This document shows positions 13,635-26,950 of a stretch of 64,000 bases of DNA, piece by piece (the stretch's first letter is position 1; every line of letters starts with the position of its first letter). Source of the DNA: Eledone cirrhosa (Eukaryota); assembly GCA_964016885.1 (NCBI GenBank), contig OZ024758.1, forward strand, positions 32,302,001 to 32,366,000, given 5' to 3'. Both the position numbers and the translations under genes were made by a program. Below the pieces are notes generated by a model. The model saw only the letters and a program-made list of their open reading frames with translations, did not search any database and was not told the origin of the DNA.

Positions 13635-14905
13635 ATAATAATAATAATAATGATAATAATAATAATAATGTTTTCTTTATTAACCACAAGGGTTGACACA
13701 AATTATAACATTAAAGACCGCACAGGACAATACAGGACGGTACAAATGGGCATTTCTGTGTGTAAAAAAACAAAAATAGGATGTAACAAAAAAGAAACAA
13801 TGAAAAATTCCCCATTAGGGGGGAGACTTCTGAGGGTCGCTCATGGAGAAAGCCCACAAAAAAAGCCATGGTTACCCTGATCGCTAGGGCAAGTGCCCTC
13901 TTCCAGTTTTCCTCCTACAGACACACGCTCAGGGTAGGCCCATTCTTGCCTCTCTCACCCACCTTTAAACAAACTGGCTGGAAGGCAGCACTTTCCTCTC
14001 CACCTTGATTTTCCTCTTCAGGTGAAACCTGAAAAAGTTAATGAGGGTGTCACCGAAGAGGAAAGTACCCGTCTTCAACCCTTTCAGACGTGTCCACCAT
14101 ACAATCTCTTTTACTATGGCCACTAGGCAGATAAAAACTGCCTGCCCTTCTCGGCTAAAGGAAGACGGTGGGGCAATCCTCGCGATGGTCTCAGCTGATA
14201 GCCAGATCCGTTCTACACGCGACAGCAGGTGTTCGACATAAACCCAAAAGTCAGCAATCCTCGGATACTGGAAAGTGCTTGCAGGATGGTTTCATCGCTC
14301 TGCGCGCATCTCAAACAGGTCCGGCTGACGGCACTTCCATGCCTATAGAGTTTATCCCGAACTGGCAAGGCTCCTGCCAGGCCAGGGATTTCTGGAAGTT
14401 GTCCATGGGCCCCGGCCCGAAAGTTCTCCTGAAGAGATTGGCTAGTTGGTTTTCGTTGATGCCTAGAGTCTCCCCAAGGACGTCGTCACTCTTTCCCTCC
14501 ACTAACCCTCTATAGAACGTCAAGGTGTAGTTTCCACCGATCGCATTGCCCAACTGGTCGAGGGCTGTAAGTGCCTGAAGACATTCCAGTCTCCAAGCCA
14601 CTTCCTCTCGGTCTTCGCTTGACGTAGTACTGCAGCTCCATCAAGGAGACAAGCTGGGAAAACACGCGTCTAGCAAACGGCGACCACACCTGATCACCGT
14701 CGAGGAAGAGGTGGAGATGCCGTAGCCTGAGCACATCATCAGCCACGGCATGCCCAGCCCTCTGCGTAGTGGGTGTTGATAGTAGATGGACTACCTGACC
14801 ATCGGAGCACGTCTCTTCCACAAAAAGCGAAAGAGCAAACGCTCCTGCGCAGTCAGGCGCGGCTTAGGACAAGGCAGGGTGGTCAGGTGGTAGTAGATGA
14901 CGGAT
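13635..14905 (-). mobile_element. 5'-truncated L1/Tx1-clade LINE
   Basis: Minus strand reads IYYHLTTLPCPK...LLFRFLW, then a zf-RVT-like region (ETILQALSS), then AATAAA and an (ATT)n tail; (TAA)n lies on both sides. Confidence 0.7.
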
Positions 14906-15480
14906 AATAATAATAATAATTTGAAGATCAATACTGCTATCAAGAAATAGTCTGAATTTAGATTAACTGATAATTAAAAAACATGAGAAATTGTTTTTGA
15001 AGAAAGACATGCAATACAATAACTTGATGATAAAAAGTATAGATAACTAAACAAACAATTATAATAATGTATGAAGAGCCGATTTAAGAGAAATCATCAG
15101 AAAGATGTATTAGGGATAAGGTTAGATATTGTAGCAACCTTATTTCATTAACACATTTCAGTTTAAACTTTTTTAATTCCAAGTTGGATAATTCTTACTA
15201 CTTCCTTTTTGTTGTGGTTTCTACACATGTGATATAGACATAAGTCATGAAGAAATACTTTGACTAACCAGCAAACTACAACAGATATTTCATTATATTT
15301 TATTATTATTATTATTATTTTTTTATTTTTTTTTATATGTGAACAAATTTATTCCAAGTAATCCAACCCTCTGTTAATTATTGCTAGGAACTGCACAAAA
15401 ATATATGATGAAAGCAAAAGAAAAAACCCTAAAAAAAACCATCACTACTAAGTGCGTCATTCAGTCAAACACCACAAGGG

Positions 15481-15800
15481 TCAACGGAAATTTTTGAGGC
15501 AAGCCAACATGTTCACAGCATTACTGCAGGCGATGGTGAGGCTAAGGTGCTGAAACAACCAGGCATGTTCAAGAGCATCACTTGACACTTCAGTAAGGTG
15601 AGCTGCTAATGATGACAAGAACTTTGCTGTCAGTGCCCCAGCTCCACCAAATGTCTCGAATGCCACAGGCTGGAAAAAATAGTTATTTGATAGTTCCTGG
15701 TATTTTAGGATTTTATTCCATTTGGCAACGGAAGCAGTGGCCCTCACATTTACCGCGGCATCCATGATATGGGAGGGAGCAAAAGAGTCATGGTTAATTG
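15481..15800 (-). mobile_element. CRE-like RLE fragment
   Basis: KILKYQELSNNYFFQPVAFETFGGAG...AWLFQHLSLTI...NA. Confidence 0.75.
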
Positions 15801-17585
15801 TAAGTGAAATCAATATCACCACATAAAAAGGGTATCAGATGATAATAAAGATTCAGAATAACAAAATACACTACATGGTTCTAATCATACTACTTTAAAT
15901 AAAATTGTATATCAATCTAAACAACACATTTAAGTAGATGCAGATATGATAGTAGATTCCATGTAAGCAAAATCAGTATGCTTAAAAATAAAAGACTCAA
16001 AACATCTTTTTAGATCTGTAAAGTAAAATGTTGCATGTATATTTATTAATACACCGAGGCAAAGTAATTTGCGTTGGTAGATACTTACTTCATAATGAAA
16101 AATTTATTTCATCTATTTGAAAAGAAATTATAATTTATGAATAAAATAAAAGAATTTTAAAAGTAAACACACATGTTTTGTTATCTGGAAACTAAAGAAT
16201 GGCAATTAGAAAAATAGAAATATTATGACAAAATCAGCACAAAATTGATGTTGAATAACTAGGCCCTACATCTAATAATGCAGAAAAAAAATTTCCAATG
16301 GAAGTTAGAAGATAGAAAATTTCAGCTTATTTCACCTTAAAAAAACAAAGAGTTCAAATTAGAAAATAGAAAGTGTAAAACAAAAACAGTTTTCTTCACT
16401 TGCATGTGTTAAATGAACATCATTAACATCTAGTGAAGTAATTATAAACTATACATTATATATACATCTGTTCTTAAACCTCTTGGTTAAACACAATAAT
16501 TGGTGTGGTGAAACTGCAGACAGGGTATGTGGTGAATAATGACATCTAATTTGAAAAATCTGAAAATACTCAATGATTATCAATCATAGTAAAGAGATCG
16601 ATGTAGCCTAGTAATGACTGTTGGAATTGCTGTTTTAAAGATGAGTTTTACATTTACTGGATGAAGATTTTGTCACTTGAATTAAACTGAGAGTCTATTT
16701 GAGTGATTGGCTATTAATGTTGATGGATTGATAGCTTATAAAGAGAATGACACCCAGTGATCATAAATTATATTTACTGTGTGTAAGCCATCTTATTAAT
16801 TTATGTCTGAGAAATGGGCAAAAATCCAAACCCGTTTATAAGCTGTTGGGAATGTTCTCAAGACAATGCATAAATAAAACTCATGACAATATAGTAAATG
16901 TAGTGTTTCATTGTGAAATAATAACTTCAGATATTTTAGCAACTTATCTATGTAAAATTTGAAGTTGATGAAAATCCTCAAAAAATTGACACCGAATATA
17001 AGCCAACCCCATTTTACCATTGATTTTTTTTGGCTTATATTCAAGTTTATAGCTCTAATATGCAATAATGCTATCATGTACAGTAATGTCACTATTTTAC
17101 TTCAATGAAGCATGAACTAAATTAGGTATTGTCAAAATGGCTACATAATAAATAGGATGATATTTCTTTATCATAAAATGTTAAGAAATTTGTTTTGAAA
17201 ATTGAAATTCGACTAACTAATCTGTGTAAATATGAAATATGTTATCAAAAACAACAAAAAATACAATTTGATTCCTAATTTATTATTACTACTCAAATAG
17301 AAATTAAGGAACTCTTAAATCAAAGTAAACTATTTATTTTTCCCTGTTAATATAATGACAATTATCAGGTTAATTCAATATGAACATCCCTAAATGAAAA
17401 AAAAAAAAAAAAAATTGCTAAAATATAAAAAAAAAATCAAAACAAACAATTATTTCTTAGTTCTAAAATAAAGGTTAAATTATTACAATGTCACACCGTT
17501 GCATAAGGGAACCATTGAATTGAAATAATTATAATGAATAACTGATTCATGTAACATCAGCATTATGTTATTCTTATATATATAT

Positions 17586-17917
17586 CATCATCATCATTTC
17601 ATTTTACGTCCACTTTTCCCTGCTTACAAGGGTGGGACGGGAACTGATTCTGGCTTTATTTCTACAGCTGGATGTCCTTCCTAACACCAACCTCATTTAC
17701 AGTGAGTGCTGGGTGCTTTTTTGCCGTGGCACCTCCACGACCACTTTGCAGTGGAATGATAGGGACCCCAGTCCCTATCATCTCATTTCTACAGCTGAGT
17801 AAACTGGAGCAATGTGAAATAAAGTGCCTTGCTCAAGGAAACAACACATCACCCGGTCTGAGAATTGAAATCACAACCTTTCGATTGCCAGGCCAATGCT
17901 CTAACCACTAAGCCATG
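17586..17917 (-). mobile_element. tRNA-derived SINE family A with RTE-derived 3' tail (other copies ~19014, 22135, 30168, 38477, 47398, 57773, 63429)
   Basis: A-box TGGCTTAGTGG; core CCTTGAGCAAG(A/G)CACTTTATTTCAC; tail GGAAGG(G/A)CATCCAGCTGTAG...GGACGTAAAATGA followed by (TGA)n, shared with the RTE 3' UTR. Confidence 0.85.
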
Positions 17918-17962
17918 TATATATATATATATATTATCCGCCCTAGATATATATATATATAT

Positions 17963-18530
17963 CTAGGACAGATAAAATTCCCGAGATCCATGGACGAGTT
18001 CTCTCCAGCGGTCTTTGTCCCTCATTATCGCTGCCATGTCCTGCGTCTCCAAGAGACCAGTGTCTGTCCTTAGGTTGAGGACTTCCTGTATTTGGGAGCA
18101 AAGATTGGGAATACGGAAGATGATGTGGTCGAGAGGAAGAGCAGAGCCCGGGCGGTGTGCCACAGCTTGAGATCGGTGTAGAAGTCGCACCTTCGTAAAG
18201 ACCTGAAGATCCATCTCTTCGTTGCTGTAGTGAAGTCTGTGCTGCTGTACGGGTCTGAGACTTGGACACTGACCAAGAAACTCACCCAGATGGTGGATGG
18301 GTGCTACACGAGAATGCTGAGGATGGCTCTGAACATTAATCAGTATACACTGAGGATGAAGAACTCAGAGCTGTGTGGGAGCCTCCCAAAAGTCAGCTCG
18401 AATGTGACACAGAGGAGACTGAGGTTAGCTGGACATGCTCACCGACATCCAGCGTTGACATTGCACTCAGTGCTCCTGTGGGAGCCCCTACATGGACACA
18501 CTGGAAGAGGAAGACCAAGGTTAACATATA
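17963..18530. mobile_element. RTE-like LINE 3' fragment with 5' inversion
   Basis: Plus strand 18077-18530 encodes EDFLYLG...LLYGSETW...GRPRLTY; the continuation NLRTDTG...DKDRWRELV is on the minus strand at 17963-18076. Confidence 0.8.
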
Positions 18531-18539
18531 TATATATAT

Positions 18540-18762
18540 AATACAGTATATAGAGAAGAAAACACAAAGGAATACGTTTTCAATTACGACAAGTAGTGCA
18601 CCACTAGAGTGAAAAACAAAGTCTTCGAAAGGAATGGAAAATACATATCAATATGTATTTTCCATTCCTTTCGTAGACTTTATACTTTTCACTCTAGTGG
18701 TGCACTACTCCTCATAATTGAAAATATACCCCTTCATGTTTTCTTCTCTACATACTATATTA
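18540..18762. repeat. ~110-bp-arm fold-back inverted repeat
   Basis: Centre AATACATAT-CA-ATATGTATT; arms contain AGTAGTGCACCACTAGAGTGAAAA / TTTTCACTCTAGTGGTGCACTACT. Confidence 0.85.
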
Positions 18763-21700
18763 TGATGAGCCCGGTACTTATTCTTTGAGTTCATTAAATT
18801 ACAGGGGATTAATGAGATTCATTTCATTTGATATATATATAATCAGAATAAATTATATATATAATCAGAATAAATTATATATATAATCAGAATAAAACCA
18901 AACTTTACAGTTTACACAGTGTTTCATCTATACAATAATGAATAACAGTTCACACATATATGTGTGCGTGTAATAATAACGATAATATATTGTTATTATT
19001 ACACATATATTTGAAGGCACATGGCTTAGTGGTCAATTCTCAGACTGGGTGATGTGTTGTTTCCTTGGGCAAGACACTTTATTTCACATTGCTCCAGTTT
19101 ACTCAGCTGTAGAAATGAGATGATAGGGACTGCGGTCCCTATCATTCCACTGCAAAGTGGTCGTGGAGGTGCCACAGCAAAAAAGCACTCAGCACTCACT
19201 GTAAATGAGGTTGGTGTTAGGAAGGGCATCCAGCTGTAGAAATCAAGCCAGAATCAGTTCCTGTATGAGCAAGACAAGGTCAGCCGACTGGACACTGCCC
19301 ACAACAGGACAACCCGTCTAACCCATGCTAGCGTGGAAGAACGGACGTAAAACGGTGATGATTGAGCATTGCAGGACAGCTTATTTAGTGTGAATTCCTA
19401 AAATGGGAGGGCTTAGAAGCTAATGGCAAAAAAGAACACAAACTCTCTTACTTTCAAATGCAGAAAATAGACATCAAGTAACAAGCTAGCCCACCTCCTA
19501 TCTGTGGAAATGTGCTCTGAAAGTAGCCAGAATGAAATCAGTGGGGAATAGTTTTAAGAAGCTATTTCCTCTGCTAGTAACATTTAGTATGATGCTTGTG
19601 TACAGTGTACAATGTTACATGTTAGTCAAACATGTGTATTGGATATGAAGGATATGTGAAGGCTGGAAACAAATGAGATCAGTATGCTGTTGGGTGTACA
19701 ATGCTAGTGTGGATGAATGATAGCGCACAAATGAGTTGAGAGAAATCAGATGAAGTATGCAAGAGAAAAACTGCACTGGTGTGAAAATTAGATGTATATT
19801 GAAAATGAAAGGGACCTATGGAAGAGAAAGTGAAAGAAAGACATGGCCAGAAGTATATAAAACTAATCTCAGAATGTGGAGTCTTGTGAAGATGACAAGT
19901 AATTGCAACATGTAGTGAGACGTGCTGGAGAAGACCAATCCAACTCATGCAATCATGGAAAAATGGATATAAACATTGTGATGACGATGATGATGATGAA
20001 AACAAATATATAATCAATCACATCACTTATGATCAAAGTACTTATATACTGTTGCTGAGTTAACAGTAACACTGATCAAACTATTTAGATTAAAACTCAA
20101 TCAGTTGTTTGCTACAAATTTCTTCCTTTCTTTATGTTTTTATCTAAAAAAATCTGAAATCTCATTTGTTGCTGTTCCAACTCAGTCTTACTTATGATCA
20201 AAACCATTCTACTATGACCACCCTCTCTTTACTTTTTCGAATATATTGTATCTAATGTGTTCTTCCTCTCTGTCACGATATGTGATCCTGTGTTAAGCTC
20301 TCAACAACTTTAACTATGGAAGGAAATCAAAGACATAATTGAATAATAATGTTATGAAGAGCTAAAATTTATGGAAGAAATTATAACTAAGAATGTATTC
20401 ATGAGTGAATAACAATAATATTATAATAATTGTTTCGACTTTTGGTACAAGGCCAGTAATTACCCCAGTGCATTACTGGTGTTTTATTTTATTGACCACA
20501 TAAGGATGAAAGGCAAAGTTAACCTCAGCAGATTTGAACAATAATATTATAATAATATTATAACATTATTAATACTAGCAGAAAACCACCCTTGGGGTGG
20601 TTTTCTGCTAGCATGTGTAGTGTGTATATTGATATTATACGCAAGTATATATATATGTAGATATGATACAACAAATAAAATAGTAATTGACAGTATACAC
20701 AGAAATTGAATGAAGACTGCGTTACACTGTCTTATGTAATCAGTAACGTAATCCATGATACATTAAAAAAAGACGATATTATATATAAACTGCATTAGGA
20801 GAAAATTAGTGACAGAAAATTAGTATGTTTATTTACGCGATGGCCAACCGGAAGTGTTGACATTTCAGAAATTTTAAAGAAGTGAATCTTTAAATTAACA
20901 AAATATATTTAATCAACAGCCACGAAATTTAGTAGATAAATTATGTAATATCCATTCATTGTGGATTGGCAGTATCAGTAGAGGGTTGGACGCCATGCTT
21001 TGACGCATAGAGTTACGTCCCTTGCCATTCTGAGTTCAAATCCCGCCAAGGTTAACTTTGCCTTTCATCCTCATGGGGTCGATGAAATAAAGTACCAGTA
21101 ATGCACTGGGTAATTGCTGGCCTTGTGCCTAAAGTAGAAACAATTATTTATTCAAAGTAATCAAACTTATTTTACTAATGGGACAAAAAATTATAAACCG
21201 TATGCACTCCCGCACTCCTTATTTTATTATAGTTTAGATTCAAGTTGTTTACAAGTAGACAGCCTCATAAACAAACTGAATATTAATAGTATTATTGTTA
21301 GTCACTCACGAATATATTGAAGTCTCCATCACGTTAAGAGCAAAAACGAATTTTGTTTTTCATAAAAAAAACATTTATATAAAACATTAAATTTTCATGG
21401 GTCCAGCTAGTTTAATGACTAGCATACTTATGAGTTTGTGTAACTAAAAAAACAGTCATTAGTTTTCTCAGCAGAGGTACCCTTCCCTGACACAGTGTTG
21501 TATACACTTGCAATTTGCCCCTAGTACTGAAAAGGTTCCTTCACATCTATTGTATATTAGTAATAATTTTTTTTTTGTTTCTACTTTAGGCACAAGGCCA
21601 GCAATTATCCCAGTGTATTTCTGGTACTTTATTTTATCGACCCCGTAAGGATGAAAGGCAAAGTTAACCTCGGCGGGATTTGAACTCAGAATGGCAAGGG

Positions 21701-23355
21701 CCACAACTCAATGCATCAAAGCATGGCGTCCAAGTAATAATGCAGTCAATTTCTCCTTCTCGAGTGCAATAATCATAGTTGTGATTATTTTTCTTTGATA
21801 GAAATTATATTTAAATTATTAACTACTAATATTATATATATCCTATTATATATATCCTATTATATATATATGTGTGTGTGTGTTTATTGTTGTAGTATTA
21901 ACGTGGCGACATGCCTCTTGTCATGTTATTCAGGGACACTATTACCTAACTTCTTGTGTTCACTCTCAGGAGAAATTTATTAATTACTCTATCATCGAGT
22001 GCTTTGTGACAGTCTTTGAAGATCGGGTGCTAATCTGCTACTTGCAGCTGCAACTTTGAGTGATTAGCGGCTGTTAGACTCACCTGATCAATGAAACAAT
22101 TGTTAATACAGTAAATAAAACCGTTTTTGTACAGCCGATCGAAGGTTGTGAGTTCAATTCTCTGACCGGGTGATGTGTTGTTTCCTTGAGCAAGACACTT
22201 TATTTCACATTGCTACAGTTTACTCAGCTGTAGAAATGAGATGATAGGGAGTGGGATCCCTATCATTCCACTGCAAAGTGGTCGTGGAGGTGCCACGGCA
22301 AAAAAGCACCCAGCTCTCACTGTAAATGAGGTTGGTGTTAGGATGGGCATCCAGCTGTAGAAATCCAGCCAGAATCAGTTCCCGTCCCACCCTTGCAAGC
22401 AGGGAAAAAGTGGACGTAAAATGAAATGATGATGATGATATATATATATAAATTATAAATTATTCAAATAAGTCCTTTGTCTTCAATACTTAGCCATCTC
22501 AATGAAATGATAAAATATACATCATAAATTGTCAATATGTTTAATTACACGAAGTAGTTAAACAAAATTTAAGCCAAAATCTTGATTTGGGGGATATAAG
22601 CTAGAGCGACTATCTTATATATATATATATATATTATGCTATCTATATATTATGCGACTATCTTATATATATATATATTATGCTACTTCGAAAAGTCAAA
22701 AATCCCGCTTCTACACCCAGACCCCCTCCCTCTACTTCACGAGGGCCTGCGGTCAGCCACCCCAATACCTACATCCATCTCTCTCTCTCTCTCTCTCTCT
22801 CTCCCCCTCCCTCTCTCTTAGCTACATATATATATATATAAGATAAAAACTCCCCTTCAAGTTTACTCACTTTCGCCAATTCATTTGCTGTCCCTACTAC
22901 GGTGTATCATGTAATCGTAACGTACGGTGTATCATGTAATCGTAACGTACACATTTTTCTATCTACTCCACGCTTCAATTTCGTACCTAGTCCAAACATC
23001 CAATCTTGCAAAATCCGAAATGTAGCGAACGTTTTCCTAGAGCAAATCTGTATTTTTTGTTATTTATGTTAAATACGGGAGTTTTTGTCGTATTGAACAG
23101 AACAAATCTTGTATTTTTGTTTTTTTGTTAATCGCTTGTTAAAGAATCCTAACCTTCCAGCTAGCTACCCAACACCCCTCCCACCCACCCGCCCCCACAC
23201 ACACACCACCATTGTTATTACGCGGACCAATCATAAGCCAGAGGCCTATACTATCGCTTGCCCGGTTGCCTTTCGATATATGATGGATGGATGGATGGAT
23301 GGACTGCGGAATCCTGGAGAGTGGAAGAGAGAGAAAAATCTGAACGCTCAGCGGC

Positions 23356-26300
23356 AATGCCAAAGATAAAGACAAGTTCACCTCTTGGACGAGAATGCGA
23401 GCACTCCTCATTGTTTCGACCGCGGACGGCTAACATAACCCCATCGCCCCCCGCCCCCCACCACCCCCAAACCCCAAACGCAATCCAAAACTTCAGAGTT
23501 GGTACCATAAATGTAGGCACCCTAAAGGGTCGCGCTAACGAGGTTGTAGAAATGCTTGAACGTAAGGAGGTCGATGTTTGTTGTATTCAAGAGACCAGGT
23601 GGAGGGGTGGGTCTGCTAGATTCATTGAGGGTAAAAAACGATGTTATAAGCTTTTCTGGGTGGGAAACGACGATGGGCTGGGTGGAGTAGGAATCATGGT
23701 AGCAGAAAAGTGGGCAGATAAGATAATAGACGTAAATAGAGTGAACGACAGAATAATTAAAATACGACTTGTCCTCAATAGAACTACGGTGACAGTAATA
23801 TCTGCGTACGCACCCCAATCCGGACTGCCCGGCACTAAAAAAAGACAGATTCTATGAGACACTGATGCTCACTACCTCCAATAGTGACTATATAATTATT
23901 GATGCTCACAATATCCAATAGTGACTATATAATTATTGCAGGCGACCTAAATGGTCACGTTGGACAACATTGTGACGGCTACGACGAAATCCATGGAGGC
24001 TATGGGTTTGGTACTAAAAATGAGGAAGGCTCCAGAATCCTGGAATTCTGTGACGCAAATAACCTAACTATCTGTAACACTAACTTCAAAAAACGTGACA
24101 ATCACCTGATCACCTATAGATCCGGGGAACACACAAGCCAGGTAGATTATATCCTTACCAGAAGACGTGACAGAGTGTCTGTTGTAAACACTAAATCCCT
24201 CCCCCATGAAGAATGCACCTCCCAACATAGACTGATAATTAGCGACCTCATAGTCAGGACGAGACGTACTCGACAGCAGAAGAGGACTATCCTCAGGAGA
24301 AAAATATGGAAGCTAAAGGACCCCACAGCCAGAAATAAATTTCAAAGCATATTACTTGATGCTTTCGACAGTAAGGAAGAGCATTTAGAGTCGGACAATA
24401 TAGAGGGACAGTGCGAATTCCTGAAAGCAAACCTGCTGATGGCGACAGACGAAGTCTGTGGCTGGAGCAGGCCTGTAGGCAGGAGGAGAGTAACATGGTG
24501 GTGGAACAGTAGGGTGGAGGGGTCAATTAAGGCCAAAAAGCAGGCTTGGAAAGTATGGCGGGATGGGGGAAGTAGAGAAGACTATCAAGTGGCTAGGAGG
24601 GAGGCTAGGAGACAAGTGTACTTCGCAAGAAGGGAAGCAGAGGAAAGAAAGTTCAAGTATGTTCTACAACGCGAGGACCAAAAACGTGAGGTGTTCAGGA
24701 TTGCTAGGCAATGCGTCAAGGAAAACCGTGATATTGTCGGGGAGAAGTGTGTACTTAATGATGACGGCATACTTGCCATCACCGACGCTGATAAGAAGGT
24801 AGCTTGGAAGTGTCACTATGAAAGGCTACTAAATGAGGAGAATAAATGGGAGAAAGACAGTCTCCCCCATATCGACCCAATAGAGGGACCAGCAGTGTTA
24901 GTCGAGGGGAGTATAATAAGTAAGGCAATCAAGGATATGAAGACGGGTAAGGCGGCTGGGCCTTCGGAAATAGTTGCTGAGATGCTGAAGGCATCTGGCA
25001 CGGTGGGACACACCATGGTCACCCGCATAGTTAACCAAGTCGTACAGAATGGGGTTGTTCTGAAGGACTGGCATAGCAGCATCATCGTTAACTGTTATAA
25101 GGGTAAAGGAGACGCCCTAGATAGGAGTAACTATAGAGGCATTAAATTAATCGACCAGGTCATGAAGGTCACGGAAAAATTAATAGCGCAACTAATCAGA
25201 GAGAGAATTGACCTAGATGAAATGCAGTTCGGGTTTGTGTCAGGCAAAAGTACCACAGACGCTCTTTTCATTGTACGACAACTACAGGAGAAGTACCTAG
25301 CTAAAGGTAAACCCCTCTACTTAGCTTTTGTCGACTTGGAGAAAGCCTTCGACAGAGTCCCCCGCTCCATTATCTGGTGGGCTCTTAGAAAACTAGGCGT
25401 TGACGAATGGCTTGTGAGAGCTATACAAGCCATGTATAAAGAAACAGTCAGCAAGGTTAGAATTAACAACGAGTATAGTGAAGAGTTTAGCGTAAAAGTT
25501 GGCGTCCATCAGGGCTCTGTTCTCAGCCCCCTACTATTTATTATTGCCCTTCAGGCTATAACAGAGGAGTTCAAGACCGGCTGCCCATGGGAACTCCTAT
25601 ACGCAGATGACCTGACACTCATAGCTGAATCAATGGCTGAGCTAGAGAAGAAATTCCAAACGTGGAAGCACGGCCTAGAATCAAAGGACTTAAAATTAAC
25701 CTGGCTAAGACTAAAGTTCTAGTTTGTAGGAAAGAAAATAAGGCGGCGGTCCCTTCTGGGAAATGGTCATGCTCAGTGTGTAGGAAAGGCGTAGGTAGAA
25801 ACTCCATTTTATGTCCTAAATGCTAAGTATGGGTGCATAAAAGATGTAGTGGGATCACAGGTAAGCTAACTAAGAACATAGATTTTACATGTGGCCGGTG
25901 TTCTGGTGCAATAAGTAGCAGCAAGTGCCCACAGAATACTAGCTCTTTCAATTGCGCAGAGGGTTCTATAGAAATAGTGGACAGCTTCCGTTACCTGGGC
26001 GATAAAATCAGCAGTGGGGGAGGGTGCTCTGAAAGTACAGTAGCTAGAGTCAGAACTGGTTGGAAAAAGTTCAGAGAGCTTATACCACTATTAGCTGCTA
26101 AAGGGTTCTCCCTAAAAATGAAAGGCAGGTTGTACGATGCCTGCATACGAACAACAATGTTGCATGGCAGTGAGACCTGGGCATTGTGTGCAGAGGATAT
26201 ACGCAGACTAGAGAGGAACGAAGCTTGCATGCTCTGCTGGATGTGTAACAGTAATATACGTGAACGGCAAAGCATAAACGAACTAAGGAAAAAATTAGAA

Positions 26301-26950
26301 ATAAGAGGGATCAGATGTTGTTTACTCGAGAGAAGGCTACGTTGGTATGGACACGTGATGCGCATGAAAGTCGATAGCTCTATAACAAAGTGCAGGGCAA
26401 TAAAGATAGACGGTAGCCACGGAATAGGCAGACCTAGAAAAACCTGGGACGAGCTGATAAACTCCGACTTCACACACTTACACCTCTCCAAGACAATGTC
26501 ACTGGACCGAGACCTTTGGCGGTACTCAGTAACAGAGAAGACCCGCCTTACCTAAATACATAGTAAAACCTACTACAGCCAGTAGGCATCTCTAACAAAA
26601 TACACCCCGTCCCACCACCACCACCCCCACCCCATCCACACCACCCCGTTCTATGTAAAGTTATGTTGGTGCCGTGCCATCCAGGCCGAAACAAATGAGA
26701 TCGTGTAGGTGTCACGACAAAAAAATACACAGTCCACGCTGTAATGTGGCCGTGTAGGCAACACGGTAAAAACCTCCCAGACCCACACTGTAAATGTGGT
26801 TGGTGTTAGGAAGGGCATCCAACTGTAGAAAACCTGCCAGACAGTCCTATGCGAGCAAGACAATCACTCCTGCCTCAAGTGGGACTACCCCCGTCCAAAC
26901 CCATGCAAGCGTGGAACACGGACGTTAAACGTTGATGATGATGATGATGA
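23356..26950 (+). mobile_element. Near full-length RTE-clade LINE (APE, RT, PHD-type finger), frameshifted
   Basis: APE motifs GTINVGTL, CIQETR, AGDLNGH, QVDYIL; RT motifs FVDLEKAFD, HQGSVLSP, LLYADD; C-terminal RRLRWYGHV; (ATG)n tail. Confidence 0.95.

Noticed and set aside
17672-17911. Recurring ~79-aa ORF M(P/S)FLTPTSFTV... (also 19026, 38441, 57855, 63442)
   Set aside because: Antisense reading of SINE family A; the similarity reflects repeat copy number.
18755-18825. ATGATGAGCCC...GGGG hammerhead-like remnant after the 18540 inverted repeat
   Set aside because: C3 is lost and there is no GAAA or stem III; at most a decayed motif, not counted.
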